Shown: in pieces, positions 16,230-24,000 of the stretch
Position numbering within the stretch: the first letter of the stretch is position 1
Layout: every line of letters begins with the position of its first letter
Assembly: GCF_003610535.1 (NCBI RefSeq)
Contig: NZ_RAPN01000001.1
Location: 955,320-979,319, forward strand
Origin: Mangrovibacterium diazotrophicum
Lineage (GTDB): Bacteria > Bacteroidota > Bacteroidia > Bacteroidales > Prolixibacteraceae
Direction of reading: 5' to 3'
DNA length: 24,000 nucleotides
Made by a program: the position numbers and the translations under genes
The notes under the pieces: model-generated
Databases searched by the model: none
Told to the model about the DNA's origin: nothing
What the model saw: only the letters and a program-made list of their open reading frames with translations

Positions 16230-17600
16230 ATGAAAAAAAACCGAGACTACACCTTTCACGAGGCTACGACCAGCTTGTGCTCTGACTGCATGCAACGGAT
16301 TCCGGCGAAAATCGTGCTGAAAGACGGGCACGTTTTTTTGAAGAAATCCTGTCCTCAACACGGCATTCATTTTGAGTTGCTGGAGGAAGATGCCGATTAC
16401 CACTTGGCGAAAAGACGCTACGACAAACCTGGAACTTTTACCACAGCTCAAACCAGTATCCGGAAAGGTTGCCCCTACGACTGCGGACTCTGCCCGGATC
16501 ATGATCAACATACCTGTATCGGACTCATCGAAGTTACCAACCAATGCAATCTGAACTGCCCGGTTTGCTTTGCAAATAGCGGCAAAGAGGAATTCCTTAC
16601 ACTGGAGCAGATTGACCAGATCCTGGATAAATACATTGCGTTGGAAAACGGCGATGCAGAGATCCTGCAAATCAGTGGTGGCGAGCCGACTGTTCATCCT
16701 CAAATTCTCGAGATTATTCAGCTGGCACTGTCCAAAAAAATCCGTTTTGTGATGCTGAATACCAACGGGGTGAGAATAGCGTCGGATAAGGAATTTGCAC
16801 GGCAGTTGAGCCAGTTCAAAGAGCGCTTTGAGGTTTACCTGCAGTTCGATGGTTTCAAGGAATCGACTCACCGGCATTTCCGCGGAAAGGACCTTCGCGC
16901 GGTTAAGCAGAAAGCCATTGATAATTTACTGGAAGAAGGCGTCCCGGTCACTTTGGTTTCAACCGTTGAAAATGGAATTAATGACGACGAGTTGGGACCG
17001 ATTGTTGAATTTGGCATGAATCGAAAAGGAATTCGTGGCGTCAGTTTCCAGCCTGTAAGCTATTTCGGACGGATTGATTCAACAGCCAACATCAAACGAA
17101 GCACACTCTCCGGAATTATCAAACAGCTGGAGTCACAGCTCAGCTCTGTGTTTAAACCCGGAGACATTATTCCGTTGCCCTGCAATGTGGAGCGCGTAGC
17201 TATTTCGTATCTCATCAAGGACAAGAAAGGCCGTTTCACACCGCTGCCCCGAACTATAAAAGTTGACAGTTACCTGCCGGTTATCGAAAACACCTTTGCC
17301 TTCGATGCCGAGCGTTTTGTCAACGAGCAAGTTCGCCACATCCAGAATAACCTGCAACTGTGCGATTGTTTCAAACTCGTCAACGATATTTACAAATACA
17401 TTCCCCGAAACTACAAGCTAAAATCGGCCGAAGACCAAAAGAATTTCATCGATGAAAATACCTTTCGGATCAGCATCACCTCGTTCCTGGACAAACACAA
17501 CTTCGATCTGAAATCAGCGCAAAAGGAATGTGTTCACATCCTGACACCCGATTTAAAGCGAATGCCATTTTCAACCTATAACCTGTTGTACCGAAAATGA
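16230..17600 (+). CDS. Radical SAM enzyme with N-terminal zinc-ribbon/rubredoxin-like knuckle and auxiliary Cys cluster
   Basis: The radical SAM motif is CNLNCPVCFA (CxxxCxxC). GGEPT is present as a SAM-binding motif. The upstream auxiliary motif is CPYDCGLCPDHDQHTC. The N-terminal knuckle is CSDCMQRIPAKIVLKDGHVFLKKSCPQHG. Confidence 0.85.
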   Translation: MKKNRDYTFHEATTSLCSDCMQRIPAKIVLKDGHVFLKKSCPQHGIHFELLEEDADYHLAKRRYDKPGTFTTAQTSIRKGCPYDCGLCPDHDQHTCIGLIEVTNQCNLNCPVCFANSGKEEFLTLEQIDQILDKYIALENGDAEILQISGGEPTVHPQILEIIQLALSKKIRFVMLNTNGVRIASDKEFARQLSQFKERFEVYLQFDGFKESTHRHFRGKDLRAVKQKAIDNLLEEGVPVTLVSTVENGINDDELGPIVEFGMNRKGIRGVSFQPVSYFGRIDSTANIKRSTLSGIIKQLESQLSSVFKPGDIIPLPCNVERVAISYLIKDKKGRFTPLPRTIKVDSYLPVIENTFAFDAERFVNEQVRHIQNNLQLCDCFKLVNDIYKYIPRNYKLKSAEDQKNFIDENTFRISITSFLDKHNFDLKSAQKECVHILTPDLKRMPFSTYNLLYRK

Positions 17601-18187
17601 TGAACCAGGTATCCGATATCACCATCCTGATTTGTCTGTTGGCACTTTTCATCGCCATCCTCATCAATTTCGTGGAGCGAAACAAAAAGGTTCAGACTGA
17701 AAAGAAAAGCATTGTTGAAACCGGCTCGATGACGGGCTTTTTCATCTTTTTCTACCTGCTGATCCGCTTTAAAATCGGGGACCTTCAGCTTCCGGAAACA
17801 GCTGCACTTATTCTCAAACCCATCGGTTTGCTTCTGGTTATCGCCGGAACCTACATCAATATTCGCAGCCGCAAAACATTGGGTGCGAATTGGGCCAACC
17901 AGGTCACCCTTTACACCGATCAACAGGTGGTTTGCTCGGGTATGTATAAATACATCCGCCACCCGCTTTACAGCTCCATCATTGCCATGTTTTACGGAGC
18001 CTGCCTGGTGTACCCGAACTACCTGGCATTTGCAGCCAACACCCTCATCTTCGTCCCTTTCATGTACTATCGGGCCAGGCAGGAGGAAAATCTGCTCCGG
18101 AAACGTTTGCCCGGTTACGAAGAGTACAGACGAAAAACCGGTTTATTCATTCCTAAACTGATTAAAAATGAAAGCAATTCCAATTAA
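17597..18187 (+). CDS. Integral-membrane methyltransferase of the ICMT/PEMT (isoprenylcysteine carboxyl / phospholipid methyltransferase) family
   Basis: ATGA overlap with the radical SAM gene. There are multiple TM helices. The C-terminal signature is LVCSGMYKYIRHPLYSS...YRARQEENLLRKRLPGYEEYRRKTGLFIP. Confidence 0.8.
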   Translation: MMNQVSDITILICLLALFIAILINFVERNKKVQTEKKSIVETGSMTGFFIFFYLLIRFKIGDLQLPETAALILKPIGLLLVIAGTYINIRSRKTLGANWANQVTLYTDQQVVCSGMYKYIRHPLYSSIIAMFYGACLVYPNYLAFAANTLIFVPFMYYRARQEENLLRKRLPGYEEYRRKTGLFIPKLIKNESNSN

Positions 18188-18587
18188 TGCATTTCGCTTT
18201 TGCAAAATAACGGTCACCCTGCTGGTTTGGCTGGCCTTTGCCTTCCAATCAATGCCACTACTGGTGATCGTGTTCTTGATCCTCGGATTATCAGCCCTGT
18301 TGAAAATTCAGCGGGCACCTCTGATAGTCCTGTATTCATTCACGATCGAAAGAATTATTCCCTCGCGAATGAAAGAAGTACACGAAACAGGCCTTCGCTT
18401 TGCGCACAGTTTGGGCACGGTGCTTTGTGCGATTTGCATCGCCTTGACAGTACTCTTTCCAACCGTTGGCTGGTGGTATGTGCTGGCATTTGCTGTTTTA
18501 AAAACGGTGTCGATGCTTGGCCTGTGCCCGGGTGAAGCCATGTATTCCTGTTACGCAGAAGGGAGCTGCAGTATTTTCAAAAAATGA
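18168..18587 (+). CDS. Small ~4-TM membrane protein (DUF4395-like; assignment from memory only)
   Basis: 20-nt overlap with the upstream gene and ATGA overlap with the downstream gene. It has four hydrophobic segments and a Cys-containing C-terminus GLCPGEAMYSCYAEGSC. Confidence 0.55.
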   Translation: MKAIPINAFRFCKITVTLLVWLAFAFQSMPLLVIVFLILGLSALLKIQRAPLIVLYSFTIERIIPSRMKEVHETGLRFAHSLGTVLCAICIALTVLFPTVGWWYVLAFAVLKTVSMLGLCPGEAMYSCYAEGSCSIFKK

Positions 18588-19366
18588 TCGACAATCACAC
18601 ATTCCCGGCAAATTGGGGAATTTTCCCCGTCATCTTTCGAATTGGCAAACTCGAAGTCAGTTCCTACTCCTTCTTTGTGCTGCTTGGGTTGATTGTCGGG
18701 CTCTCCGTTTATTTCCTCCTCGCCAGACGCTACAAACAAGCCAGCGAGAACTCATTCTATGTGGTTGTTGCCGGCGTTGTTGGCGGTATTTTGGGAGCCA
18801 AACTCCCTTACTGGATTTTCAACTACCAGGTCATCGTGGAAAACTACCCGAATATCGGCCCCATTCTTTCCGGGCGAACCATTACCGGCGGACTGATTGG
18901 CGGTACTTTGTCGGTTATCTACATCAAACGCCGGCTGGGAATTACCGATAAAAAAGGCAATCTGTTTGCACCGGCCATTGCTATTGGCGTGGCCATTGGC
19001 CGACTCGGATGCTTTGCCCGTGGCTGCTGCTATGGCGAGCCAACCACTTTGCTCTGCGGAGTCAATTTCGGAGATGATGTTCTGCGCCACCCGACTCAAC
19101 TCTACGAAACGGTATTCTTCATTGGATTCTTCATCTACAGCCTGATCCGGATAAAAAGTGCGCCACCGGGATTTCTGTTTTATGCGCTTATGAACAGCTA
19201 CTTCATCCTTCGTTTTTTCGAAGAATTTATCCGCTACAACGACCAGTTCTTTTGGGGGCTTTCCTTCTTTCAATACATCTCAATTGTCGCTGTCGTCTTT
19301 ATCAACCTGAAACAATACCTTGAAAAAACTCAACATCATGGAAGACTATTATCAACAAAAAGGTAG
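18584..19366 (+). CDS. Prolipoprotein diacylglyceryl transferase (Lgt) family protein, divergent paralogue
   Basis: The Lgt hallmarks HPTQLYE and the GR-loop are present, the latter as the Cys-rich variant GRLGCFARGCCYGEP. The protein is polytopic. Confidence 0.8.
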   Translation: MIDNHTFPANWGIFPVIFRIGKLEVSSYSFFVLLGLIVGLSVYFLLARRYKQASENSFYVVVAGVVGGILGAKLPYWIFNYQVIVENYPNIGPILSGRTITGGLIGGTLSVIYIKRRLGITDKKGNLFAPAIAIGVAIGRLGCFARGCCYGEPTTLLCGVNFGDDVLRHPTQLYETVFFIGFFIYSLIRIKSAPPGFLFYALMNSYFILRFFEEFIRYNDQFFWGLSFFQYISIVAVVFINLKQYLEKTQHHGRLLSTKR

Positions 19367-19649
19367 AAAGGTCATAGATTTTCTACTTGGTTTCATTATG
19401 AATTTTGGAATCGCGCTGGCCGTCATGTTTGGCCTCGGAATTCTATTCGTTGCGGGCCTGGCAACAGTCAAACTCACACATATTCTGATTATTTCCATTA
19501 CCATCATCGGTTTGACGCTTTTGGAAATTTCCATTATCCGGAAGTACTTAAAACAACGTCGGTACATCGCAATCGGGCTGATTGTCGGGATTGTATTCCC
19601 GCTCTTGGTCGTGGGAACCTGCTCGCCGCTCATCTTTTCACTGACCTAA
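19338..19649 (+). CDS. Small 3-TM membrane protein, hypothetical
   Basis: The ATG at 19338 (MEDYYQQKG...) is preferred over the listed TTG at 19320. It overlaps the Lgt-like gene's 3' end by 29 nt. Three hydrophobic helices. Confidence 0.45.
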   Translation: MEDYYQQKGRKVIDFLLGFIMNFGIALAVMFGLGILFVAGLATVKLTHILIISITIIGLTLLEISIIRKYLKQRRYIAIGLIVGIVFPLLVVGTCSPLIFSLT

Positions 19650-19852
19650 ATCGTCCGGGAAAATTCACCCCCGGACATGCTGAAATGACCGGAAATATTT
19701 GGACTGAGTGCATAATTGTTCGTACTCATTTTTCGATACGCTTCGTTATACGGAAACTTCCAATAGGCATTCGCGTAAGTTAATTATTGAAGACTTTAAA
19801 CTCTCTTTTTCTTATTCTTAACAGTTTGCGATTCACCTTCAATATTAAACTT

Positions 19853-20668
19853 ATGGTATTGCTGATGTCTACATTTACAGTCGTTGTCATTATTGTCGGC
19901 GGCATCATCTTTTTTGTGTGGTTGGGATCCGTAGTGGTGCAATACTTCAGTCACTTGGCTGTTGTCGGTTGCGATGTACCTGTAGTGGTGATGTATCTGG
20001 GAGAAAAGGATAGTGTTAAAGGCTTCCTGTTGGAAAAGCCTCGGTACACGACTCAATTTTCGGGTGTAAACGGGAAACTGGAATTCTTTCGTGACAAAGA
20101 TTTCTACCGGCTGAGTGATCCTCCTGAAAACCTTGGGATCACGCTCATTCAAACGACAGGAACGAATAATCCGGCTGTTCAGGAATTGCATGGACTTCAG
20201 GTTGGGCAAGGTGAATTAACAATCTCGGTCGACCCGGCCGATTCGCGGGATTTCAAGGAAATCTATGTTCCGGTTTTTGTGATCGATCCTGCAACTACCG
20301 GCTTCCTCATTCTAATCCGAAAAGCTGCACACGAGGCCGGTAAAAAATGGTACCACGGTGCAACCGGTAATTTCTTTCCCAATTTCTTCGGAGGACAATG
20401 TCGGGGGCTTTGCGACCAATGGGCAGACTGGCTAGGCGGCTGGATGATCCGGCATAATGATGGGACAATTTGTAAAATTGAAAAAGTGGTTTACAATACC
20501 ACTAAAACGGGATTCAGACACGTAGCTCTTCGAATCACCATCTGTGAGTCGGGTCATGTTTATTACGTCGATGGGCATAAAAATCCGGATAATCCGGTGG
20601 TTCCTGGTGCCGATTACGAACAGAAGCATGGAGTACCGGAGACCCACTATGAAATTTGGAGCCAATAA
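19853..20668 (+). CDS. Membrane-anchored hypothetical protein; possible C-terminal Cys/His (papain/CHAP-like) domain
   Basis: The listed ORF starts with TTG at 19787. The in-frame ATG at 19853 gives MVLLMSTFTVVVIIVGGIIFFVWLGSVVV, a signal anchor. The C-terminal region contains FFGGQCRGLCDQWADWL, FRHVALRI and GHVYYVDGH. Confidence 0.55.
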   Translation: MVLLMSTFTVVVIIVGGIIFFVWLGSVVVQYFSHLAVVGCDVPVVVMYLGEKDSVKGFLLEKPRYTTQFSGVNGKLEFFRDKDFYRLSDPPENLGITLIQTTGTNNPAVQELHGLQVGQGELTISVDPADSRDFKEIYVPVFVIDPATTGFLILIRKAAHEAGKKWYHGATGNFFPNFFGGQCRGLCDQWADWLGGWMIRHNDGTICKIEKVVYNTTKTGFRHVALRITICESGHVYYVDGHKNPDNPVVPGADYEQKHGVPETHYEIWSQ

Positions 20669-20805
20669 ACCTGCTTGCTGCTTTTTTAAAAATTGAAAAG
20701 CGACTATTTCGACATTTGCAATTGTCACTTTCCGCTTTTGCAAGAATGATTAAGTTTTAGCAAATCTCAGGCAATCTCGTATATTTAGGCGATTAAACCC
20801 TGAAT

Positions 20806-22035
20806 ATGCAATTTTTCCAAAAGCTCAAAGACCTCGGGCCGGGCGTGCTGGTCACCGCCGCATTCATCGGGCCGGGAACAATAACCACCTGTACTTTAGC
20901 CGGAGCCAATTATGGCTATGTCCTTTTGTGGGGACTAACCTTTAGTATTTTGGCTACGATCGTATTGCAGGAGAAAGCTGCGCGCTTGGGCTTGGTTACC
21001 CGCATGGGCCTGGGCGAAGCCGTTCGACAACAGTTTGCAAACCCGGCGATGCAATACCTGGCGATCGCCCTCGTGCTTTCGGCTATTTTAGTTGGAAATG
21101 CAGCCTACGAAACTGGCAACATCCTTGGTGCTGCCTTGAGTTTGGAAGAACTATCCGGTTTATCCACTATCCCAATCGGAAACCTGAACCTGAAAATCTG
21201 GGGGCCGGTGATTGGTTTGCTTGCCTGGCTGATCCTGGAACTGGGAAGTTACAAAAGCCTTGAGAAGTTCATCATCGGGCTGGTCATCCTCATGAGCCTG
21301 ACCTTTATTACCACAGCCTTTTTTATTCAACCTGACCTGTGGGCTATTCTGAAGGGCATGTTTGTACCGGCGATACCTGAAGGTTCGTTTGTTTTCGTCA
21401 TGGGGCTAATTGGAACAACCGTAGTACCCTACAACCTGTTTTTGCATGCCTCGGCTGTGCAGGAACGCTGGAAAAGCGCCTCCGATCTGGGCAAAGCCCG
21501 CACGGACCTGTCAACGGCTGTGATCCTTGGAGGATTGATTTCAATGTCGATCGTCATCACAGCAGCGATGACTTTTCACGGGCACGCGGTTTCCATTACA
21601 GGAGCCGGAGATCTGGCCGAACAACTTGAACCGTTGCTCGGGAACTGGGCCCGCATTTTCATGTCGCTTGGCTTGTTCGCAGCCGGTATTTCGTCGGCCA
21701 TCACCGCACCCTTGGCTGCCGCCTACGCCACTTCCGGAATATTGGGATGGAAGGCTGGCTTTGGCGATCTCCGCTTCAAACTCGTTTGGCGATCTGTCCT
21801 TTTAATCGGCATCGTTTTCTCGCTTTTGGGTTACAAACCCATCCAGGCAATCTTGTTTGCTCAAATCGCGAACGGCCTTTTGTTGCCGTTCATCGCCATA
21901 TTCTTAGTGATTGTCATGAATAACAAAAAATTGCTGAGCGTGCATGCCAATAACCGCTGGCAAAACATCACAGCAATTATCGTTGTTGTGGTGGCCATTG
22001 CGCTGGGATTAAAAAGTATTGTAAGTTTGCTGTGA
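20806..22035 (+). CDS. Nramp-family membrane transporter (YcsG-like, pxp-operon associated)
   Basis: The N-terminal Nramp pattern is GPGVLVTAAFIGPGTITTCTLAGANYGYVLLWGL...LQEKAARLGLVT. About 11 TM segments. The stop overlaps the pxpA start (ATGA-type, 22032-22035). Confidence 0.85.
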   Translation: MQFFQKLKDLGPGVLVTAAFIGPGTITTCTLAGANYGYVLLWGLTFSILATIVLQEKAARLGLVTRMGLGEAVRQQFANPAMQYLAIALVLSAILVGNAAYETGNILGAALSLEELSGLSTIPIGNLNLKIWGPVIGLLAWLILELGSYKSLEKFIIGLVILMSLTFITTAFFIQPDLWAILKGMFVPAIPEGSFVFVMGLIGTTVVPYNLFLHASAVQERWKSASDLGKARTDLSTAVILGGLISMSIVITAAMTFHGHAVSITGAGDLAEQLEPLLGNWARIFMSLGLFAAGISSAITAPLAAAYATSGILGWKAGFGDLRFKLVWRSVLLIGIVFSLLGYKPIQAILFAQIANGLLLPFIAIFLVIVMNNKKLLSVHANNRWQNITAIIVVVVAIALGLKSIVSLL

Positions 22036-22796
22036 TGAAAATTTTGCATGTAGATTTGAATTGTGACCTGGGTGAAGGAATCGGCAACGATGCTGCAGTA
22101 ATGCCTTTTATTTCATCTGCAAATATTGCTTGTGGCTACCATGCAGGCAATGAAATGACCATGCGCGAGACTGTGCTTCTGGCGAAAAAATGTGGCGTGA
22201 GTATTGGGGCACATCCGGGCTACGATGACAAGACCAACTTTGGCCGCACGCCGATGGATTTAACAGCTAGTGAAGCTGAAGAGCTGGTATTTAAGCAGAT
22301 CAAAAAATTACAGAAAATCGCCGAATCCGAAGGCTGTAAGCTGACACATGTGAAGCCGCACGGTGCATTGTACAACCAGGCAGCAATAGACATTAATTTG
22401 GCCAGTGCGATTGCCAGAGCAATCTACAAAGCCGATCCGAAACTGCTTTATGTCGGGTTGGCCAACTCGCAAATGGGCGAAGCTGCAAAAGCGTTTCAAC
22501 TTCAGTTCGTGTCCGAGGTATTTGCCGACAGGGCCTACACGGACGAAGGCCAGCTGGTTTCCCGGCAACTCGACGGAGCTGTGATCCACGATCCGGTAAG
22601 CTGCACCTCCCGAGTTCTACAAATGGTAACGCTTGGAACCGTTGAGAGCATCGGTGGGAAACGAATCGCCATTCAGGCGGACAGTATTTGCATCCATGGC
22701 GACAACCCAGAAGCGATTGCCCTGGCCAAAGCCATTCACGATGCATTGGTCGCAAACGACCTAAAGATCGAACCAATCACGACCACACATGATTAG
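22032..22796 (+). CDS. pxpA: 5-oxoprolinase subunit A (LamB/YcsF family)
   Basis: The family N-terminus is HVDLNCDLGEGIGNDAAVMPFISSANIACGYHAGN, followed by GAHPGY and VKPHGALYN. Confidence 0.9.
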   Translation: MMKILHVDLNCDLGEGIGNDAAVMPFISSANIACGYHAGNEMTMRETVLLAKKCGVSIGAHPGYDDKTNFGRTPMDLTASEAEELVFKQIKKLQKIAESEGCKLTHVKPHGALYNQAAIDINLASAIARAIYKADPKLLYVGLANSQMGEAAKAFQLQFVSEVFADRAYTDEGQLVSRQLDGAVIHDPVSCTSRVLQMVTLGTVESIGGKRIAIQADSICIHGDNPEAIALAKAIHDALVANDLKIEPITTTHD

Positions 22797-23472
22797 CTAT
22801 TTCCCCTTGGGAGACTCGGCCATCCAACTCACCTTCGGCGACTCGATTAACGAAGAAACCAATCGGAAAATCTACGCCTACATGCGGATTTTAAAGGAGT
22901 TTGAAATTCCGGGAATCATCGAACTGGTACCGTCTTATACGAAACTGATCGTTCATTACAACCCACTCGAAATCGGAATTCACGAACTGGTGGATAAACT
23001 GAAAGAGCTGGAACAACAAGGTATAACACCAGCTGAAAGCGAAATGAAAATTGTCGAAATTCCGGTGTTGTACGGGCCAACTTTCGGCAGCGATTTGGAG
23101 GTGGTGCTGCAACATACCGGGCTGACTGAAGAAGAATTGATTACCCAACACAGCGCACCGATTTACAAAGTTTATATGCTCGGCTTCACACCCGGATTTT
23201 GCTATTTGGGAGGAATGCCTGCCCTGTTGGCGACTCCGCGCAAAAAAACGCCCTCAGCCAAAATTCGGGCAGGCTCGGTGGGTATTGCCGGCGAGCAAAC
23301 AGGTGTCTATCCCATCGAAAGCCCCGGAGGATGGCAGATTATTGGACGAACACCACTTAAGCTTTTCAATCCCGAGCGTGAGCAACCGTTTCTGGTTGAA
23401 GCCGGGAACAGCATTCGCTTCTACCCCATCAGCCAAACAGAGTTTGACCAATTAAATGAGTACGATGCGTAA
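22789..23472 (+). CDS. pxpB: 5-oxoprolinase subunit B (KipI / allophanate hydrolase subunit 1 family)
   Basis: Supporting matches are GFTPGFCYLGGMPALLATPRKKTP...GSVGIAGEQTGVYPIESPGGWQIIGRTPLKLF. 8-nt overlap with pxpA. Confidence 0.9.
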   Translation: MISYFPLGDSAIQLTFGDSINEETNRKIYAYMRILKEFEIPGIIELVPSYTKLIVHYNPLEIGIHELVDKLKELEQQGITPAESEMKIVEIPVLYGPTFGSDLEVVLQHTGLTEEELITQHSAPIYKVYMLGFTPGFCYLGGMPALLATPRKKTPSAKIRAGSVGIAGEQTGVYPIESPGGWQIIGRTPLKLFNPEREQPFLVEAGNSIRFYPISQTEFDQLNEYDA

Positions 23473-24000
23473 AATCCGGATCATTCAAAAAGGACTGCTC
23501 ACCACCATTCAGGATGCCGGGCGACTTGGCTACCAGCAATATGGTATGCCTGTTTCCGGCGCGATGGATTTGGTGTCGTTGCGCCTGGCCAATCTGCTGG
23601 TTGGAAATTCGCCGGATGAAGCCTGCCTGGAAACAACTTTCCTGGGGCCCGAAATTGAATTCCTTGCGGATGCGGAAATCGCCGTTTGCGGTGCTGAAAC
23701 AGACCTGCGATTGAATGGTTCTCCCATTGCTTTAAACTGCAACCATCGGATCTGCCGAGGCGATATGCTGAAACTGGGAACCTGCAAGCGCGGCTTGCGG
23801 AATTACATCGCCTTTGCTGGAGGGCTGGACGTTCCGGTCGTCATGGGCAGCAAATCGACCTACCTGAGAGGTAAACTGGGAGGCTGGCAAGGGCGAGCGC
23901 TCGAGAATGGCGATGTGCTTCCTCTTGGTGAAGCGCGTCCGTTTCAACAAAGAAGCTTGACGGATAATCCGACTTGTTTACCGCAACCAACCAACGAAAT
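23465..24000 (+). CDS. pxpC: 5-oxoprolinase subunit C (KipA / allophanate hydrolase subunit 2 family), 3' end beyond window
   Basis: This ORF is not in the supplied track because it has no stop in the window. I translated it by hand from the ATG at 23465: MRKIRIIQKGLLTTIQDAGRLGYQQYGMPVSGAMDLVSLRLANLLVGNSPDEACLETTFLGPEIEF... It stays open to nt 24000 and overlaps the pxpB stop by 8 nt. Confidence 0.85.
   Translation, partial: MRKIRIIQKGLLTTIQDAGRLGYQQYGMPVSGAMDLVSLRLANLLVGNSPDEACLETTFLGPEIEFLADAEIAVCGAETDLRLNGSPIALNCNHRICRGDMLKLGTCKRGLRNYIAFAGGLDVPVVMGSKSTYLRGKLGGWQGRALENGDVLPLGEARPFQQRSLTDNPTCLPQPTNE

Noticed and set aside
16232-16239. A8 homopolymer at codons 1-4 (2nd base of the ATG through AAC) of the radical SAM gene as a slipped-strand phase-variation tract
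   Set aside because: It simply encodes Lys-Lys-Asn in an A-rich Bacteroidota start context. The run is short and no other contingency-locus features are present.
16092-16877. 261-aa ORF on the minus strand
   Set aside because: It lies almost entirely antisense to the well-supported radical SAM gene and has no recognisable motif. This is typical shadow-ORF behaviour in the GC-richer half of the window.
18200-19273. Alternative-frame ORFs (18200-18535 +, 18308-18541 -, 18517-18951 +, 18752-19273 -, 18897-19145 +)
   Set aside because: All are nested in the membrane-protein genes of the radical SAM cluster. Their translations are Pro/Arg/Ala-rich and non-membrane, which is typical of off-frame reading of GC-richer coding DNA.
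19653-19676. Hairpin GTCCGGG-N10-CCCGGAC after the small TM gene as a terminator
   Set aside because: It has only a 7-bp stem, a 10-nt loop and no following T-tract. That is too weak to call a terminator.
23514-23950. ORFs 23514-23714 (+), 23530-23787 (-) and 23732-23950 (-)
   Set aside because: They are out of frame or antisense within the hand-translated pxpC reading frame (start 23465), which has the clear KipA-family N-terminus.

Overview
This looks like a Bacteroidota-type chromosome: no Shine-Dalgarno signals, A-rich start contexts and TAnnTTTG-type -7 boxes. The window splits at a tRNA-Arg(UCU) gene (13089-13162, minus strand) into two compositionally different halves. LEFT (1 to ~13088) is AT-rich; hand-counted 60-nt sample lines give 30-37% GC. 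All genes are on the + strand and it reads as a defence island. It holds a 5'-truncated type I R-M specificity gene (hsdS), translationally coupled to an ABC/AAA-type ATPase plus an HNH protein (Septu-like architecture). These are followed by an orphan 143-aa gene, a long McrB-family GTPase with an extended two-domain N-terminus, and McrC. After a 330-nt gap comes an unrecognised two-gene module. It consists of a 971-aa protein opening with two cold-shock-like OB folds, overlapped (ATGA) by a 306-aa coiled-coil / single-TM / SH3b-like protein. A 100-aa basic-N-terminus ORF and a bidirectional terminator hairpin end the island against the 3' end of the tRNA. RIGHT (13163-24000; sample lines 53-60% GC) looks like core genome. 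It contains an MFS transporter, an MBL-fold hydrolase and an RsmI-like TP-methylase. It also holds a tightly coupled five-gene cluster (radical SAM enzyme with extra Cys clusters, ICMT/PEMT-type membrane methyltransferase, small 4-TM protein, Lgt-family paralogue, small TM protein). The remaining genes are a membrane-anchored hypothetical protein, an Nramp-family transporter and pxpA-pxpB-pxpC (pxpC runs off the window). The best candidate for an undescribed system is the CSD-giant + membrane/SH3b pair at 8628-12460. The second is the radical-SAM/lipid-enzyme cluster at 16230-19649. No CRISPR array, rRNA, integrase or transposase is visible.
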